In this document: in pieces, positions 1 to 8,510 of the stretch | How positions within the stretch are numbered: position 1 is the first letter of the stretch | How the letters are laid out: each line of letters begins with the position of its first letter | Assembly: GCA_963748015.1 (NCBI GenBank) | Contig: CAVVHE010000004.1 | Location: forward strand, 384,001 to 448,000 | From: Terriglobia bacterium | Lineage (GTDB): Bacteria > Acidobacteriota > Polarisedimenticolia > Polarisedimenticolales > JAIQFR01 | Length of the DNA: 64,000 nucleotides | Direction: 5' to 3' | Notes under the pieces: generated by a model | Seen by the model: only the letters and a program-made list of their open reading frames with translations | Told to the model about the DNA's origin: nothing | The model's database searches: none | Made by a program: the position numbers and the translations under genes

Positions 1-17
1 GCGGCTTGGATGGAGAC

Positions 18-722
18 ATGGCAGCCCGCGCGAGCAGGAAGATCCTGTTTCTGGACGGTGGAGAGTTGGTTCTCGATCTCGAGAGCACCTTTCTCGCACG
101 CCCCGAATTCCGGGTCGTCCACGGAACGCCCGGGCAAGACCCGCTCGGCCTGATCCGACGCGAGCGGCCGGATCTCCTCGTGCTCGATCTCCACGCGTCG
201 AATCCCGCGAGCCTCAAGGTGTGCCGCGCCGTGAAGGGCGACCCGGTCCTCGGGGAGACCCCGGTGCTGCTCCTGAGCACGCCGACGCTCAGGCGGGACG
301 CCCGGGCGGCGGGCGCGGACGCGGTCGTGTTCACGCCGCTCGTCCATCGGGAGTTCCTCGAGATCGTCCGCCGCCTGCTCCCCGTCGCCTCGCGCCGCGA
401 TGCGCGATGTCCGGTCCACATGAAGGTCACGCTCGCGGAGGGAGGGGAGGAATTCGAAGCCTGGAGCCGCGATCTCTCGGAAACCGGAATGTCCTTGAGC
501 GCGAGCCGATGCCCCGCGCCGGGCGCGGGGATCCGCCTGAGGTTCGTCCTGCCGGAAGGGGCGGAGGAGATCTTGTGCGGCGCGATCGCCCGAGGGCCGC
601 GGGGGCCGGGCGGCGCCGCCGGCGGCTTCGGGGTCGAGTTCGACGGGATGGGCCCCTCCGACCGGGAGAGGATCGCGAGGTTCGTGCGCGACCGCCTCTC
701 GCGTCCGATCGAGCTTCCCTGA
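18..722 (+). CDS. Receiver-like domain fused to PilZ domain
   Basis: N-terminal REC fold (ILFLD...PDLLVLDL...VLLLS...AGADA). C-terminal PilZ motifs RRDAR (RxxxR) and DLSETG (DxSxxG), then GFGVEF. ATG at 18; in-frame TTG at 6 is an alternative start. Confidence 0.8.
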   Translation: MAARASRKILFLDGGELVLDLESTFLARPEFRVVHGTPGQDPLGLIRRERPDLLVLDLHASNPASLKVCRAVKGDPVLGETPVLLLSTPTLRRDARAAGADAVVFTPLVHREFLEIVRRLLPVASRRDARCPVHMKVTLAEGGEEFEAWSRDLSETGMSLSASRCPAPGAGIRLRFVLPEGAEEILCGAIARGPRGPGGAAGGFGVEFDGMGPSDRERIARFVRDRLSRPIELP

Positions 723-734
723 GCGCGGCGGCCG

Positions 735-763
735 TTGTCGCCGGTTCCCCGGCCGCGTAGAAT
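735..763 (+). promoter_or_regulatory. Putative sigma70 promoter
   Basis: TTGTCG-17 bp-TAGAAT upstream of the ATG at 782. Confidence 0.5.
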
Positions 764-781
764 CGCGATCGAGAGGTTTCG

Positions 782-1129
782 ATGAGCGGGTTCTTCGGCT
801 CCCGTCCACTTGAGGTCCCCGAGGGGAGCGCGCTCCTGATGAAGACCTGGAGCGACGGCGAGGCCGAGATCGTCCGCCAGCTTCTCGAGGCGAACGACAT
901 CCCCTGCCAGGTGATCTCGGACATCACGCATTCGGTCTACCCCGTCGCCGTGGACGGCCTCGGGGAGATCCGGATCTTCGTCCCGGAGGCGAGCCTGGTC
1001 GAGGCGTCCGCGATGCTCGCCGACCACCTCCGCGAGGGGATCGAGGCGGTGTCGGAAGACGGGAGCGCGGGGGACGGCGGCGACGGCGACGGTCCAGGCC
1101 GGACCGGCGGCGGAGGGGAGAGCAGGTGA
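782..1129 (+). CDS. DUF2007-type putative signal-transducing protein
   Basis: Pattern EAEIVRQLLEANDIPC...GLGEIRIFVPE...EASAML. Stop overlaps the next start (GTGA). Confidence 0.75.
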   Translation: MSGFFGSRPLEVPEGSALLMKTWSDGEAEIVRQLLEANDIPCQVISDITHSVYPVAVDGLGEIRIFVPEASLVEASAMLADHLREGIEAVSEDGSAGDGGDGDGPGRTGGGGESR

Positions 1130-2189
1130 CGCTTCGCGCGATCGAGGCCTCGACTCCGACGAGGATCGATCTCGCCGGAGGAACGCTCGACATTTGGCCG
1201 CTGTCGCTCCTGGTGCCGGGAGCGATCACGGTCAACGTCGCCGTGGAGCTTCGCGCTTGCGTGCGCGTCGCGCCGCGCAGGGACCGGCGGGTCGTCATCG
1301 ATTCCAGGGACCGCGGGCTCCGGATCGAGCGGGCGCTTCCGCTCGACCCCCGGGATGCCGGAGGGCGACTCTCGTTCCTGCTGCGGCTGGCGGCGTCGTT
1401 CCAGCCGGACGAGGGGCTCACCCTCGTCACCGAGGCGGCAGCGCCGGCGGGCGCGGGTCTCGGCGGCTCGTCGGCGCTGGGCATCGCGGTCGGGGCCGCG
1501 TTGAACCGCTTCACCGGCTCGGGCCTCGGCCGCGAGGCGCTGCTGCGCCGGGTCACGGGGGTCGAGGCCGCCGAGATCGCCACCCCGACCGGGAACCAGG
1601 ATTACCTCGCGGCCCTCCACGGAGGGCTCGCCGCCTACCACCACGGGTTCGACGGGACGGTGCGCGAGGCGATCCCGGTTCCTCCGGGCCTCGAGGAGCG
1701 GCTCGTGCTCGCCTACACCGGCGAGCCTCGGGGCTCGGGCGCGAGCAACTGGGACATGTTCCGGAGGGCCATCGAGGGAGAGCGGAGAACCGTGGAGGGG
1801 CTGCGGGCGATCGCCGCCGTGGCGAGGGACCTTCGAGCCGCGCTCCGCGACCGCGATCTAGACGCGGTCGGCGCGATCCTCGGCGAGGAAGGCCGGCTAC
1901 GCTACCGGCTGGCGCCGTCGGTGGCGACTCCGTCGCTGCTGCGAGCGGGCGAGGCGGCGCGCCGAGCGGGCGCGGCCGGCGTCAAGGTGTGCGGCGCGGG
2001 AGGGGGGGCTGCCTCGTGGCGTTCGCGCGCGAGGGAAGAACCGAGGCCGTGTCCCGGGCGCTCGAGGCCGCCGGGGCGAGCGTCCTCGCGGTCCGCATCG
2101 CCCGGCGGGGCCTCGCGCTCGCGGGTCCGCCTTCCGCCCGGCCGCGCTCCCGCGCTCGGGTCGCCGGGAAGACGCTCAGCGGACGGTGA
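1126..2189 (+). CDS. GHMP-family sugar kinase (HddA-like heptose-7-phosphate kinase), frameshifted at the G7 run 2002-2008
   Basis: PTRIDLAGG, PAGAGLGGSS, GNQDY and KVCGAGGG motifs. One extra G restores GAGGGGC and joins the frame LVAFAREG...LAVRIARRGL, which stops at 2189. Confidence 0.75.
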
Positions 2190-2658
2190 TCGGGATCTTG
2201 AGGGCGACCTTGGCCGGCGCGCAGTACCCGCTGGCCGCGACGCAGTAGAAGTAGGACAGCTTGGCGTCCACGTCGTGCCGGCCGCGCGAGGCGGTGGAAT
2301 CCACCGCGAGCTTGAGCTTCAGCGGATCCACGGCTTTGAAGTAGTTCGTCTCGAGCTTGTCCGGCGGAGGAGGGGCCTCGCTTCCCGAAGACATCTCGGC
2401 GCCGCCGACGAGTCCCGAGACCGCCGGAACCGCTAGCTTGATCTTCGGGTACTTGTTGAGCTTGAAGCCGGGGTTGACGGAAAGCGTCACCGTGATCTCG
2501 GCCTCGCTCCCCGGCGGGACAGAGGCCGGGGTGACCCCGATCTCGACCTTCACCGCTTCCGCGCCGGAGGGCTTCGAAGGGGCGGCCACGGCCTCCGCTC
2601 GTGCAGAGGCGACGCCGCAAAGGACCGCCAGGACCATCAACGAGAGCTTCATGCGCAT
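2176..2658 (-). CDS. Secreted DsbD N-terminal-like (Ig-fold) protein
   Basis: Signal peptide MRMKLSLMVLAVLCGVASARA, beta-rich body, C-terminal YFYC-x6-C-AP cysteine pair typical of DsbD-N-like domains. Confidence 0.55.
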   Translation of the reverse strand: MRMKLSLMVLAVLCGVASARAEAVAAPSKPSGAEAVKVEIGVTPASVPPGSEAEITVTLSVNPGFKLNKYPKIKLAVPAVSGLVGGAEMSSGSEAPPPPDKLETNYFKAVDPLKLKLAVDSTASRGRHDVDAKLSYFYCVAASGYCAPAKVALKIPITVR

Positions 2659-2802
2659 GGGGGGATTCTAGGGGTGGGAGCGAGTGCCCGCAAATCGAGC
2701 CCCCCGGGAGACCTCCGGGCCGCGCGGGTTGCCGCCCACCGGGTATGGCAGTACACTCTCGACACGCGATTTCGTGGACGGGCGTGGGGGTAGGAGGGCG
2801 TC

Positions 2803-3507
2803 GTGCGAATCGGACGGTCGCTTCCTTGGTTCCTCTCCGTTGGAGCAATTCTGGTGACCCCGGCGGTCGCCGACGAGGTCGTGTACTTCACCAACGGGAC
2901 CTATCTCCTCGTCACCACCCACCAGGTCGAGAAGGAGATGATCTCGGTGGACCTCGGCGGGAACTCCAAGATGGCGTTCCCGCTCCAGATGGTCGACAAG
3001 ATCGAGTCGGCCGGCCGGAGCGTCTACCTCAACCCGACCTACTACCCGGCGAATCAGGCGGTGGCCGGGTCGGTCGGAGGGCAGGTCTCCAATCAAGGCC
3101 TCTATCCGGTAAGCGGCGCGGGCGCCGTGCCGTCGCGCCTCCGGACGCCCTACCCGTCCACCGGGACCGGCGTTCCGGCGAACGGCGGCCTCGATGCGCA
3201 GCAGGCGGTCGGGTACAACCCCGGCGGCTATCGCTCCGCCCCCGGTGAGGACGTGGCGGACCGCTCCGCGGCGGAGATGCGAGCGTTCCAGGGCGGAGTA
3301 CCGATCCCCCAGGCGCCACAGAGCCTCTCCGGCCCGGCAGGGCGCAAGGCGAGCCTCGTGCGCATGTCCCAGCGGCCCGGCATCACGCCGGTTTACCCAC
3401 CGCCGCCGACCGATCCGCCGAACGGCGGCGGAACGCCCCCGTCGCAGAACCCCGTGACCGATCCACCGGCCGACCCTCCGTCGCAGAACCCGCCACCGGG
3501 AGAGTGA
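2803..3507 (+). CDS. Secreted hypothetical protein with Pro-rich tail
   Basis: Signal peptide ending PAVA-D, short beta domain (DEVVYFTNG...VDKIE), Pro-rich C-terminus with PPSQNP twice; GGAGG upstream. Confidence 0.65.
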   Translation: MRIGRSLPWFLSVGAILVTPAVADEVVYFTNGTYLLVTTHQVEKEMISVDLGGNSKMAFPLQMVDKIESAGRSVYLNPTYYPANQAVAGSVGGQVSNQGLYPVSGAGAVPSRLRTPYPSTGTGVPANGGLDAQQAVGYNPGGYRSAPGEDVADRSAAEMRAFQGGVPIPQAPQSLSGPAGRKASLVRMSQRPGITPVYPPPPTDPPNGGGTPPSQNPVTDPPADPPSQNPPPGE

Positions 3508-3544
3508 CCGCCGTTTCCTCAGAGCGCAGCCGAGCGGGAGCAGC

Positions 3545-4087
3545 ATGGTCGTCGGCCTGACGGGGCCCAACGCCGCAGGCAAGGGAGAAGTTGCCGCCCA
3601 CCTCCGCGAGCTGGGCTTCGCCATCCACTCCCTGTCCGACGTCGTTCGCGAGGAGGCGGCGCGTCTCGGATTCCCCCCCGAGCGCGAGCACCTGATCCGG
3701 ATCGGAAACGACCTCCGGCGAAGCGGCGGGCCGGGCGTCCTCGCGGAGCGCATCCTGTCGCGGATCGCGTCCCGCGACGTCGTGGACTCCATCCGGAATC
3801 CCGCGGAGGTCGCGGTCCTGCGCAGGCTCCCGGGTTTCTTCCTCCTCGGCGTGGACGCGCCCGCGAGGCTGCGCTTCGAGCGATCGCTCGCCCGCTCGCG
3901 TCCGGGAGATCCCCGGACGTTCGAGGCCTTCGAGGAGCGGGAGCGCCAGGAGAACTCCTCCAACCCGGACGCGCAGCAACTCCTCGCGACTCTCCGCCTC
4001 GCCGACAAGGTGGTCACGAACGACGGGACGCTCGAGGCGCTGCAGCGCGAGGTGGACGGGGCGGTGGCTCCGATCCCGTTGCTATAA
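3545..4087 (+). CDS. P-loop NMP/dephospho-CoA kinase-like protein
   Basis: Walker A GLTGPNAAGKG, SLSDVVRE, VVDSIRNPAEV, RFER, ADKVVTNDGTLE. Confidence 0.75.
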   Translation: MVVGLTGPNAAGKGEVAAHLRELGFAIHSLSDVVREEAARLGFPPEREHLIRIGNDLRRSGGPGVLAERILSRIASRDVVDSIRNPAEVAVLRRLPGFFLLGVDAPARLRFERSLARSRPGDPRTFEAFEERERQENSSNPDAQQLLATLRLADKVVTNDGTLEALQREVDGAVAPIPLL

Positions 4088-4088
4088 T
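4080..4088 (+). promoter_or_regulatory. Extended -10 promoter element upstream of nadA
   Basis: TGcTATAAT overlapping the stop of the upstream gene. Confidence 0.5.
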
Positions 4089-4132
4089 CGATCGGCCCGG
4101 CGAGCGCCGCCGGCAGCGATCCGTCTCCGGCA

Positions 4133-5281
4133 ATGGAGCGAGCTCGAATGCAAGTCCTCCCGGAGCCCTACGCCTCGATGACCGACGCCGAGGCCGTTCC
4201 CCGGATCGGAGAGGTGCGCCGGAGGCTCGGCGCGGAGGTCTTGATCCTCGGCCACCACTACCAGCGGGACGAGGTCATCGCTTTCGCCGACGTCACGGGG
4301 GATTCGTACGGACTCGCCCGGGCCGCCGCGAGCCGCCCCGACGCGCGCTGGATCGTCTTCTGCGGCGTCCATTTCATGGCCGAAACGGCGGACATCCTCG
4401 CCGCGCCGGGGCAGCGCGTGCTCCTTCCCGATCTCGAGGCCGGCTGCTCCATGGCCGACATGGCGGAGATCGACGCCGTCGAGGTGGCGTGGGAGGAGAT
4501 GGCGTCCGTCCGCGACGCCGCGCGGGTCGTCCCGGTGACCTACGTCAACTCCACCGCCGCGGTGAAGGCCTTCGTGGGCGCTCGCGGTGGCACGGTGTGC
4601 ACCTCCTCGAACGCCGGCGCGACCTACGATTGGGCGCTCGAACGCGGCGACGCGATCTTCTTCGTTCCGGACCAGCACCTCGGCAGGAACATGGGGTTCG
4701 CGAAGGGGATTCCCCTCGAGGAGATGAAGGTCTGGGATCCCGCGGTCGAGCTCGGCGGCCTGGCCCGGGAAGAGATCGCCGGGGCCCGCGTCCTGCTCTG
4801 GAAGGGGCATTGCCAGGTTCACGCGCGCTTCGCGGTCGACCAGATCGAGTCCCTCAGGAAACGCTATCCGGAAGTCCGGGTCATCGTGCACTGGGAGTGC
4901 AGTCTCGACGTCGTGCAGGCCGCCGACGACGTGGGATCCACGTCGCACATCGTCCGGTGCGTGGAGGAGGCTCCCGCGGGCTCGGTGATCGCGATCGGGA
5001 CCGAGCTGCACCTCGTGTCCCGGCTCGCCAAGGCGCACGGCGACAAGAAGGTCTTCCCGCTCGTGATGGGGACCTGCGTCTGCGGGACCATGAACCGCAT
5101 CGATCCGCAGCATCTCCTTTTCGTCCTGGACGAGCTGGCCGCCGGGCGCGTGGTCAACCAGGTCGTGGTGCCCGAGGATCTGGCCCGCCCGGCGCGGGAG
5201 GCCCTCACCCGCATGCTCGAGATCTCCCGGCAGGCGGAATCGGCTGCACGGCCGTTGGCGGCACCGGACAAGGTCCGTTAG
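4133..5281 (+). CDS. nadA: Quinolinate synthase A
   Basis: ILGHHYQ, VFCGVHFMAETA, AGCSMAD, TYVNS, CTSSNA, PDQHLG, GHCQVH, HWEC, GTE, CxCxTM. Confidence 0.96.
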   Translation: MERARMQVLPEPYASMTDAEAVPRIGEVRRRLGAEVLILGHHYQRDEVIAFADVTGDSYGLARAAASRPDARWIVFCGVHFMAETADILAAPGQRVLLPDLEAGCSMADMAEIDAVEVAWEEMASVRDAARVVPVTYVNSTAAVKAFVGARGGTVCTSSNAGATYDWALERGDAIFFVPDQHLGRNMGFAKGIPLEEMKVWDPAVELGGLAREEIAGARVLLWKGHCQVHARFAVDQIESLRKRYPEVRVIVHWECSLDVVQAADDVGSTSHIVRCVEEAPAGSVIAIGTELHLVSRLAKAHGDKKVFPLVMGTCVCGTMNRIDPQHLLFVLDELAAGRVVNQVVVPEDLARPAREALTRMLEISRQAESAARPLAAPDKVR

Positions 5282-5320
5282 ATTGGCGCGGCGGCGGATG
5301 GGGCGCCGAGACTGGAATAG

Positions 5321-7288
5321 GTGATGCGCGACCAGGTGCCCGGAACCGGTGATGAGGCCCCCAGGGATCGCGCGTCCGAGCGCTCCGCGGCGGGTGCTGC
5401 CAGGCGGTCCGGACTGCTGCAACGGATCTCCTCGCCCTCCGACCTGAAGTCCCTCGACCGGGAAGAGCTCGCGCGGCTGTGCGAGGAAGTGCGGGACTTC
5501 ATCATCGAGGTGGTTTCCCAGAAGGGGGGGCATCTCGGCGCGAGCCTCGGGGTCGTCGAGCTGACCGTCGCCCTCGAGGCGTGCCTCGATCCTCCCCGGG
5601 ACCGCATCGTCTGGGACACCGGGCACCAGGCCTACGTCCACAAGGTGCTCACCGGGCGCAGCGACGCGCTCTGGACCATCCGGCAGTTCGGAGGCATCTC
5701 GGGTTTCCTGAAGAGGGACGAGAGCGAGTACGACGCCTTCGGCGCGGGCCACGCCTCGACGGCCATCTCCGCCGCGCTCGGCATGGCGGCCGCGCGCGAT
5801 CTCGCGGGCGAGGGCCACCGCGTCGTCGCGGTCGTCGGGGACGGCGCGATGACCGGTGGGCTGGCCTACGAAGCCCTGAACAACGCGGGGCACTCGGGGC
5901 GGAACCTGCTGGTCGTGCTGAACGACAACGGGATGTCCATCTCGCCCAACGTCGGCGCGGTGGCCCACTACCTGACCAGCGTCAAGACGAACCCGCGCCT
6001 CAAGAAGCTACGCGACGAGAGCCTGAACTGGCTGAAGAAGCTCCCCCGCGGCGGGCAGGTCAGGGGGATGGCGGAGCGGGTCGAGGCGGCCATCAACTCC
6101 GCTCTCGCTCCCGGCGGCGTCTTCCAGTCGCTGGGGTTCAACTACTTCGGGCCCGTGGACGGCCACGACCTGAACCTGCTGATGCATCTCATCCCGACCG
6201 TCCTCGACCGTCCCGGGCCGGTGCTCCTCCACGTCCTGACGCGGAAGGGCAAGGGGCTCCCCGCCGCGGAAGAGGACGACGAGGGTTTCCACGGGGTGGC
6301 CCCCTTCGATCGGAGCACGGGGAAGACGCTGGCGGGGGCGAAGGCGACGGGTCCGTCGTACACCTCGGTGTTCGGCAGCGCGATGGTGGAAGCGGCCGAG
6401 GCGTTTCCGCGGATGGTGGCGATCACCGCGGCGATGGCCTCCGGCACCGGGCTCAACCCGTTCAAGGAGAAGTACCCGCAACGGTTCTTCGACGTCGGCA
6501 TCGCCGAGGCCCACGCCGTGTGCTTCGCGGCCGGGATGGCCTGCGACGGCACGCGCCCCGTCGTCACCGTCTACTCCACCTTCCTCCAGCGGGCGTTCGA
6601 CCAGATCGTGCACGACGTCGCGCTCCAGAAGCTGCCCGTGGTCTTCGCGCTCGACCGGGGCGGCGTCGTCGGAGCGGACGGGCCCACGCACCACGGCGTG
6701 CTGGACCTCTCGTACCTGCGGGAGATTCCCGGGATGGTGGTCGCCGCGCCGAGGGACGGGGAGGAGCTGCGCGATCTGCTCTGGACCGCGCTCGCCCACG
6801 ACGCGGGGCCGTTCGCGTTCCGCTTTCCCCGGGACGCCGCGCCGGCGGAGTGCGATCCCCGGAGGACGCCGAAGGTCGTGCCGATCGGGTCGTGGGAGGA
6901 GCTCGAGGAAGGATCGGGCGTCGTGTTCCTCGCGGTCGGCGCGATGGTCGTGAACGCCCTGGAGGCCCGCCGTCTTCTCGCGGCGCGGGGCGTTCAGGCG
7001 GCCGTCGTCAACTGCCGCTTCGTGAAGCCGCTCGATGCGGCGATGCTGGCCCGCCTGCGGGAGCGGTTCCCGGTCCTCTTGACCGTGGAGGAGAACAACC
7101 TTCCGGGGGGCTTCGGGGCGGCGGTGCTCGAGGCCCTCGCGGACGCCGGACTCTCCGCGGACCGCGTCGTCCGGCTGGGGATCCCCGACGGGTTCACGAC
7201 TCACGGGACCCGTGCGCAGCTCCTCGACGAGGTCGGCCTCTCGCCGGCGCACCTGGCGCAGCGGGCGCTCGAAGCGCTCGGAGCCTGA
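5321..7288 (+). CDS. dxs: 1-deoxy-D-xylulose-5-phosphate synthase
   Basis: GGHLGASLG, WDTGHQAYVHK, GDGAMTGG...LNDN, FDVGIAE, YSTFLQRAFDQ, DGPTHHG. The true start may be a little downstream. Confidence 0.97.
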   Translation: MMRDQVPGTGDEAPRDRASERSAAGAARRSGLLQRISSPSDLKSLDREELARLCEEVRDFIIEVVSQKGGHLGASLGVVELTVALEACLDPPRDRIVWDTGHQAYVHKVLTGRSDALWTIRQFGGISGFLKRDESEYDAFGAGHASTAISAALGMAAARDLAGEGHRVVAVVGDGAMTGGLAYEALNNAGHSGRNLLVVLNDNGMSISPNVGAVAHYLTSVKTNPRLKKLRDESLNWLKKLPRGGQVRGMAERVEAAINSALAPGGVFQSLGFNYFGPVDGHDLNLLMHLIPTVLDRPGPVLLHVLTRKGKGLPAAEEDDEGFHGVAPFDRSTGKTLAGAKATGPSYTSVFGSAMVEAAEAFPRMVAITAAMASGTGLNPFKEKYPQRFFDVGIAEAHAVCFAAGMACDGTRPVVTVYSTFLQRAFDQIVHDVALQKLPVVFALDRGGVVGADGPTHHGVLDLSYLREIPGMVVAAPRDGEELRDLLWTALAHDAGPFAFRFPRDAAPAECDPRRTPKVVPIGSWEELEEGSGVVFLAVGAMVVNALEARRLLAARGVQAAVVNCRFVKPLDAAMLARLRERFPVLLTVEENNLPGGFGAAVLEALADAGLSADRVVRLGIPDGFTTHGTRAQLLDEVGLSPAHLAQRALEALGA

Positions 7289-7290
7289 GG

Positions 7291-7347
7291 CCAGGAGCCT
7301 GTTCGAGTAATCCCGCGGTCTACGGGATTACTCGGACCGGCTCCTGG
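7291..7347. repeat. REP-like palindromic repeat, copy 1
   Basis: CCAGGAGCCTGTTCGAGTAATCCCGCGGTCTACGGGATTACTCGGACCGGCTCCTGG forms a long hairpin; similar copies at 25119, 35568 and 44813. Confidence 0.85.
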
Positions 7348-7443
7348 GCACGGGGCCGCCACGAGTCCCCGACGGGAGCGACACGGAGCCCCTCGCGAGG
7401 TGATTCCGCCGGGTCGGGACCGCGGCGACGACGAGCCGCGCTG

Positions 7444-7722
7444 TCAGTTCGCCGGCCCCTTGGATCCGGGAGGGGGGGCCTCCCTCAGCGGACCGAATTC
7501 CGCCTCGTAGCGCTGCAGGTTGTCCTGGAGCGCCCGGATCATCCGCTTGAGGTGGCCCGGACTCACGATGATGCGCGAGTTCACGACGCCGCCGGGAGGG
7601 AACAGGCTGATGAAATCGAGGAGGAACTCCTCGCGGGTGTGGGCGACGATCATCTGGTTCGCGTACGCGCCGCGGAGGACGTCGTCGGGGATCTTGATCG
7701 GGATCTCGCGCTCGTCGGCCAC
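7444..7722 (-). CDS. DUF3467-family protein
   Basis: GAYANQMIVAHTREEFLLDF...SRIIVSPGHLKRMIRALQDNLQRYEAEFG; GTG start preceded by GGAGGAGG. Confidence 0.85.
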   Translation of the reverse strand: MADEREIPIKIPDDVLRGAYANQMIVAHTREEFLLDFISLFPPGGVVNSRIIVSPGHLKRMIRALQDNLQRYEAEFGPLREAPPPGSKGPAN

Positions 7723-7742
7723 AGGGCCCTCCTCCCGCGGTC

Positions 7743-8090
7743 TCACTCCTTGATGGCCGCGACCGCCTCCTGAACGTCCCGGAACGTCTCGAACACCACG
7801 TCGAACCCGACCATGCGGAAGATTTCCAGGACCGGCCGGCTCAATCCCGCGATCACGATCTTGCCCTTCTGCTGGCTCGCCCGCTTCTGCAACGACAGGA
7901 GGGCCGCCATCCCCGCGGAATCGAAGAACTCGACGCGAGAGGCGTCGAGGACGACGCGGCGCGCCGTGCCGATGGCCTCGAGCGCCTTGGACTTGAACTC
8001 GTCGGCGTTCCCGATGTCGATCTCGATGGGCTCGGCCACCGCGATCACGGTGACGCCCGCCGTCTCCAGCCGGTCCACGCGCATGGGCAT
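7743..8090 (-). CDS. STAS-domain anti-sigma factor antagonist
   Basis: VVLDASRVEFFDSAGMAALL (conserved phospho-Ser motif), VLEIFRMVGFD. Confidence 0.9.
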   Translation of the reverse strand: MPMRVDRLETAGVTVIAVAEPIEIDIGNADEFKSKALEAIGTARRVVLDASRVEFFDSAGMAALLSLQKRASQQKGKIVIAGLSRPVLEIFRMVGFDVVFETFRDVQEAVAAIKE

Positions 8091-8221
8091 CCCTCCCGCG
8101 ACGCCGCATCATACAACGTCCCGCGGGCCGGCCGGGGGTGCCTTGCAACCCTCGACCCGAGGCTCTACCTTAGGCGCTCGCGCGCCATTCCCGGCGTAGA
8201 GGCCGGCCCCGAGGGTGAGAC

Positions 8222-8461
8222 ATGGAAGAGAATCGCTGTTCCCGCTGCGGAGCCGCGCTGTCGGCTCGTCTCGAACGGCCCCCGTTGCCCGGATTGATCG
8301 GTCTCCGCGTGCAGGAGCGCATCTGTCCCGCGTGCTGGAGGGAGTGGCTCGGCATGCAGGTCCGGGTCATCAACGAGTACCGGCTGATGCCTGCCGAGCC
8401 GCAGCACTACGAGTACCTCCTGTCGCAGATGAAGACCTTCCTGAACCTCAAGGACGAGTGA
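8222..8461 (+). CDS. Fe(II)-trafficking / oxidative damage protection protein (YggX family)
   Basis: LERPPLPGLIGLRVQERICPACWREW...INEYRL...QMKTFL; upstream TTGCAA-17-TACCTT. Confidence 0.85.
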   Translation: MEENRCSRCGAALSARLERPPLPGLIGLRVQERICPACWREWLGMQVRVINEYRLMPAEPQHYEYLLSQMKTFLNLKDE

Positions 8462-8510
8462 GGCCGGGAACGAGGTCGCCGCCCGGCGGGGCGGGCTGCC
8501 GAGGACACCG

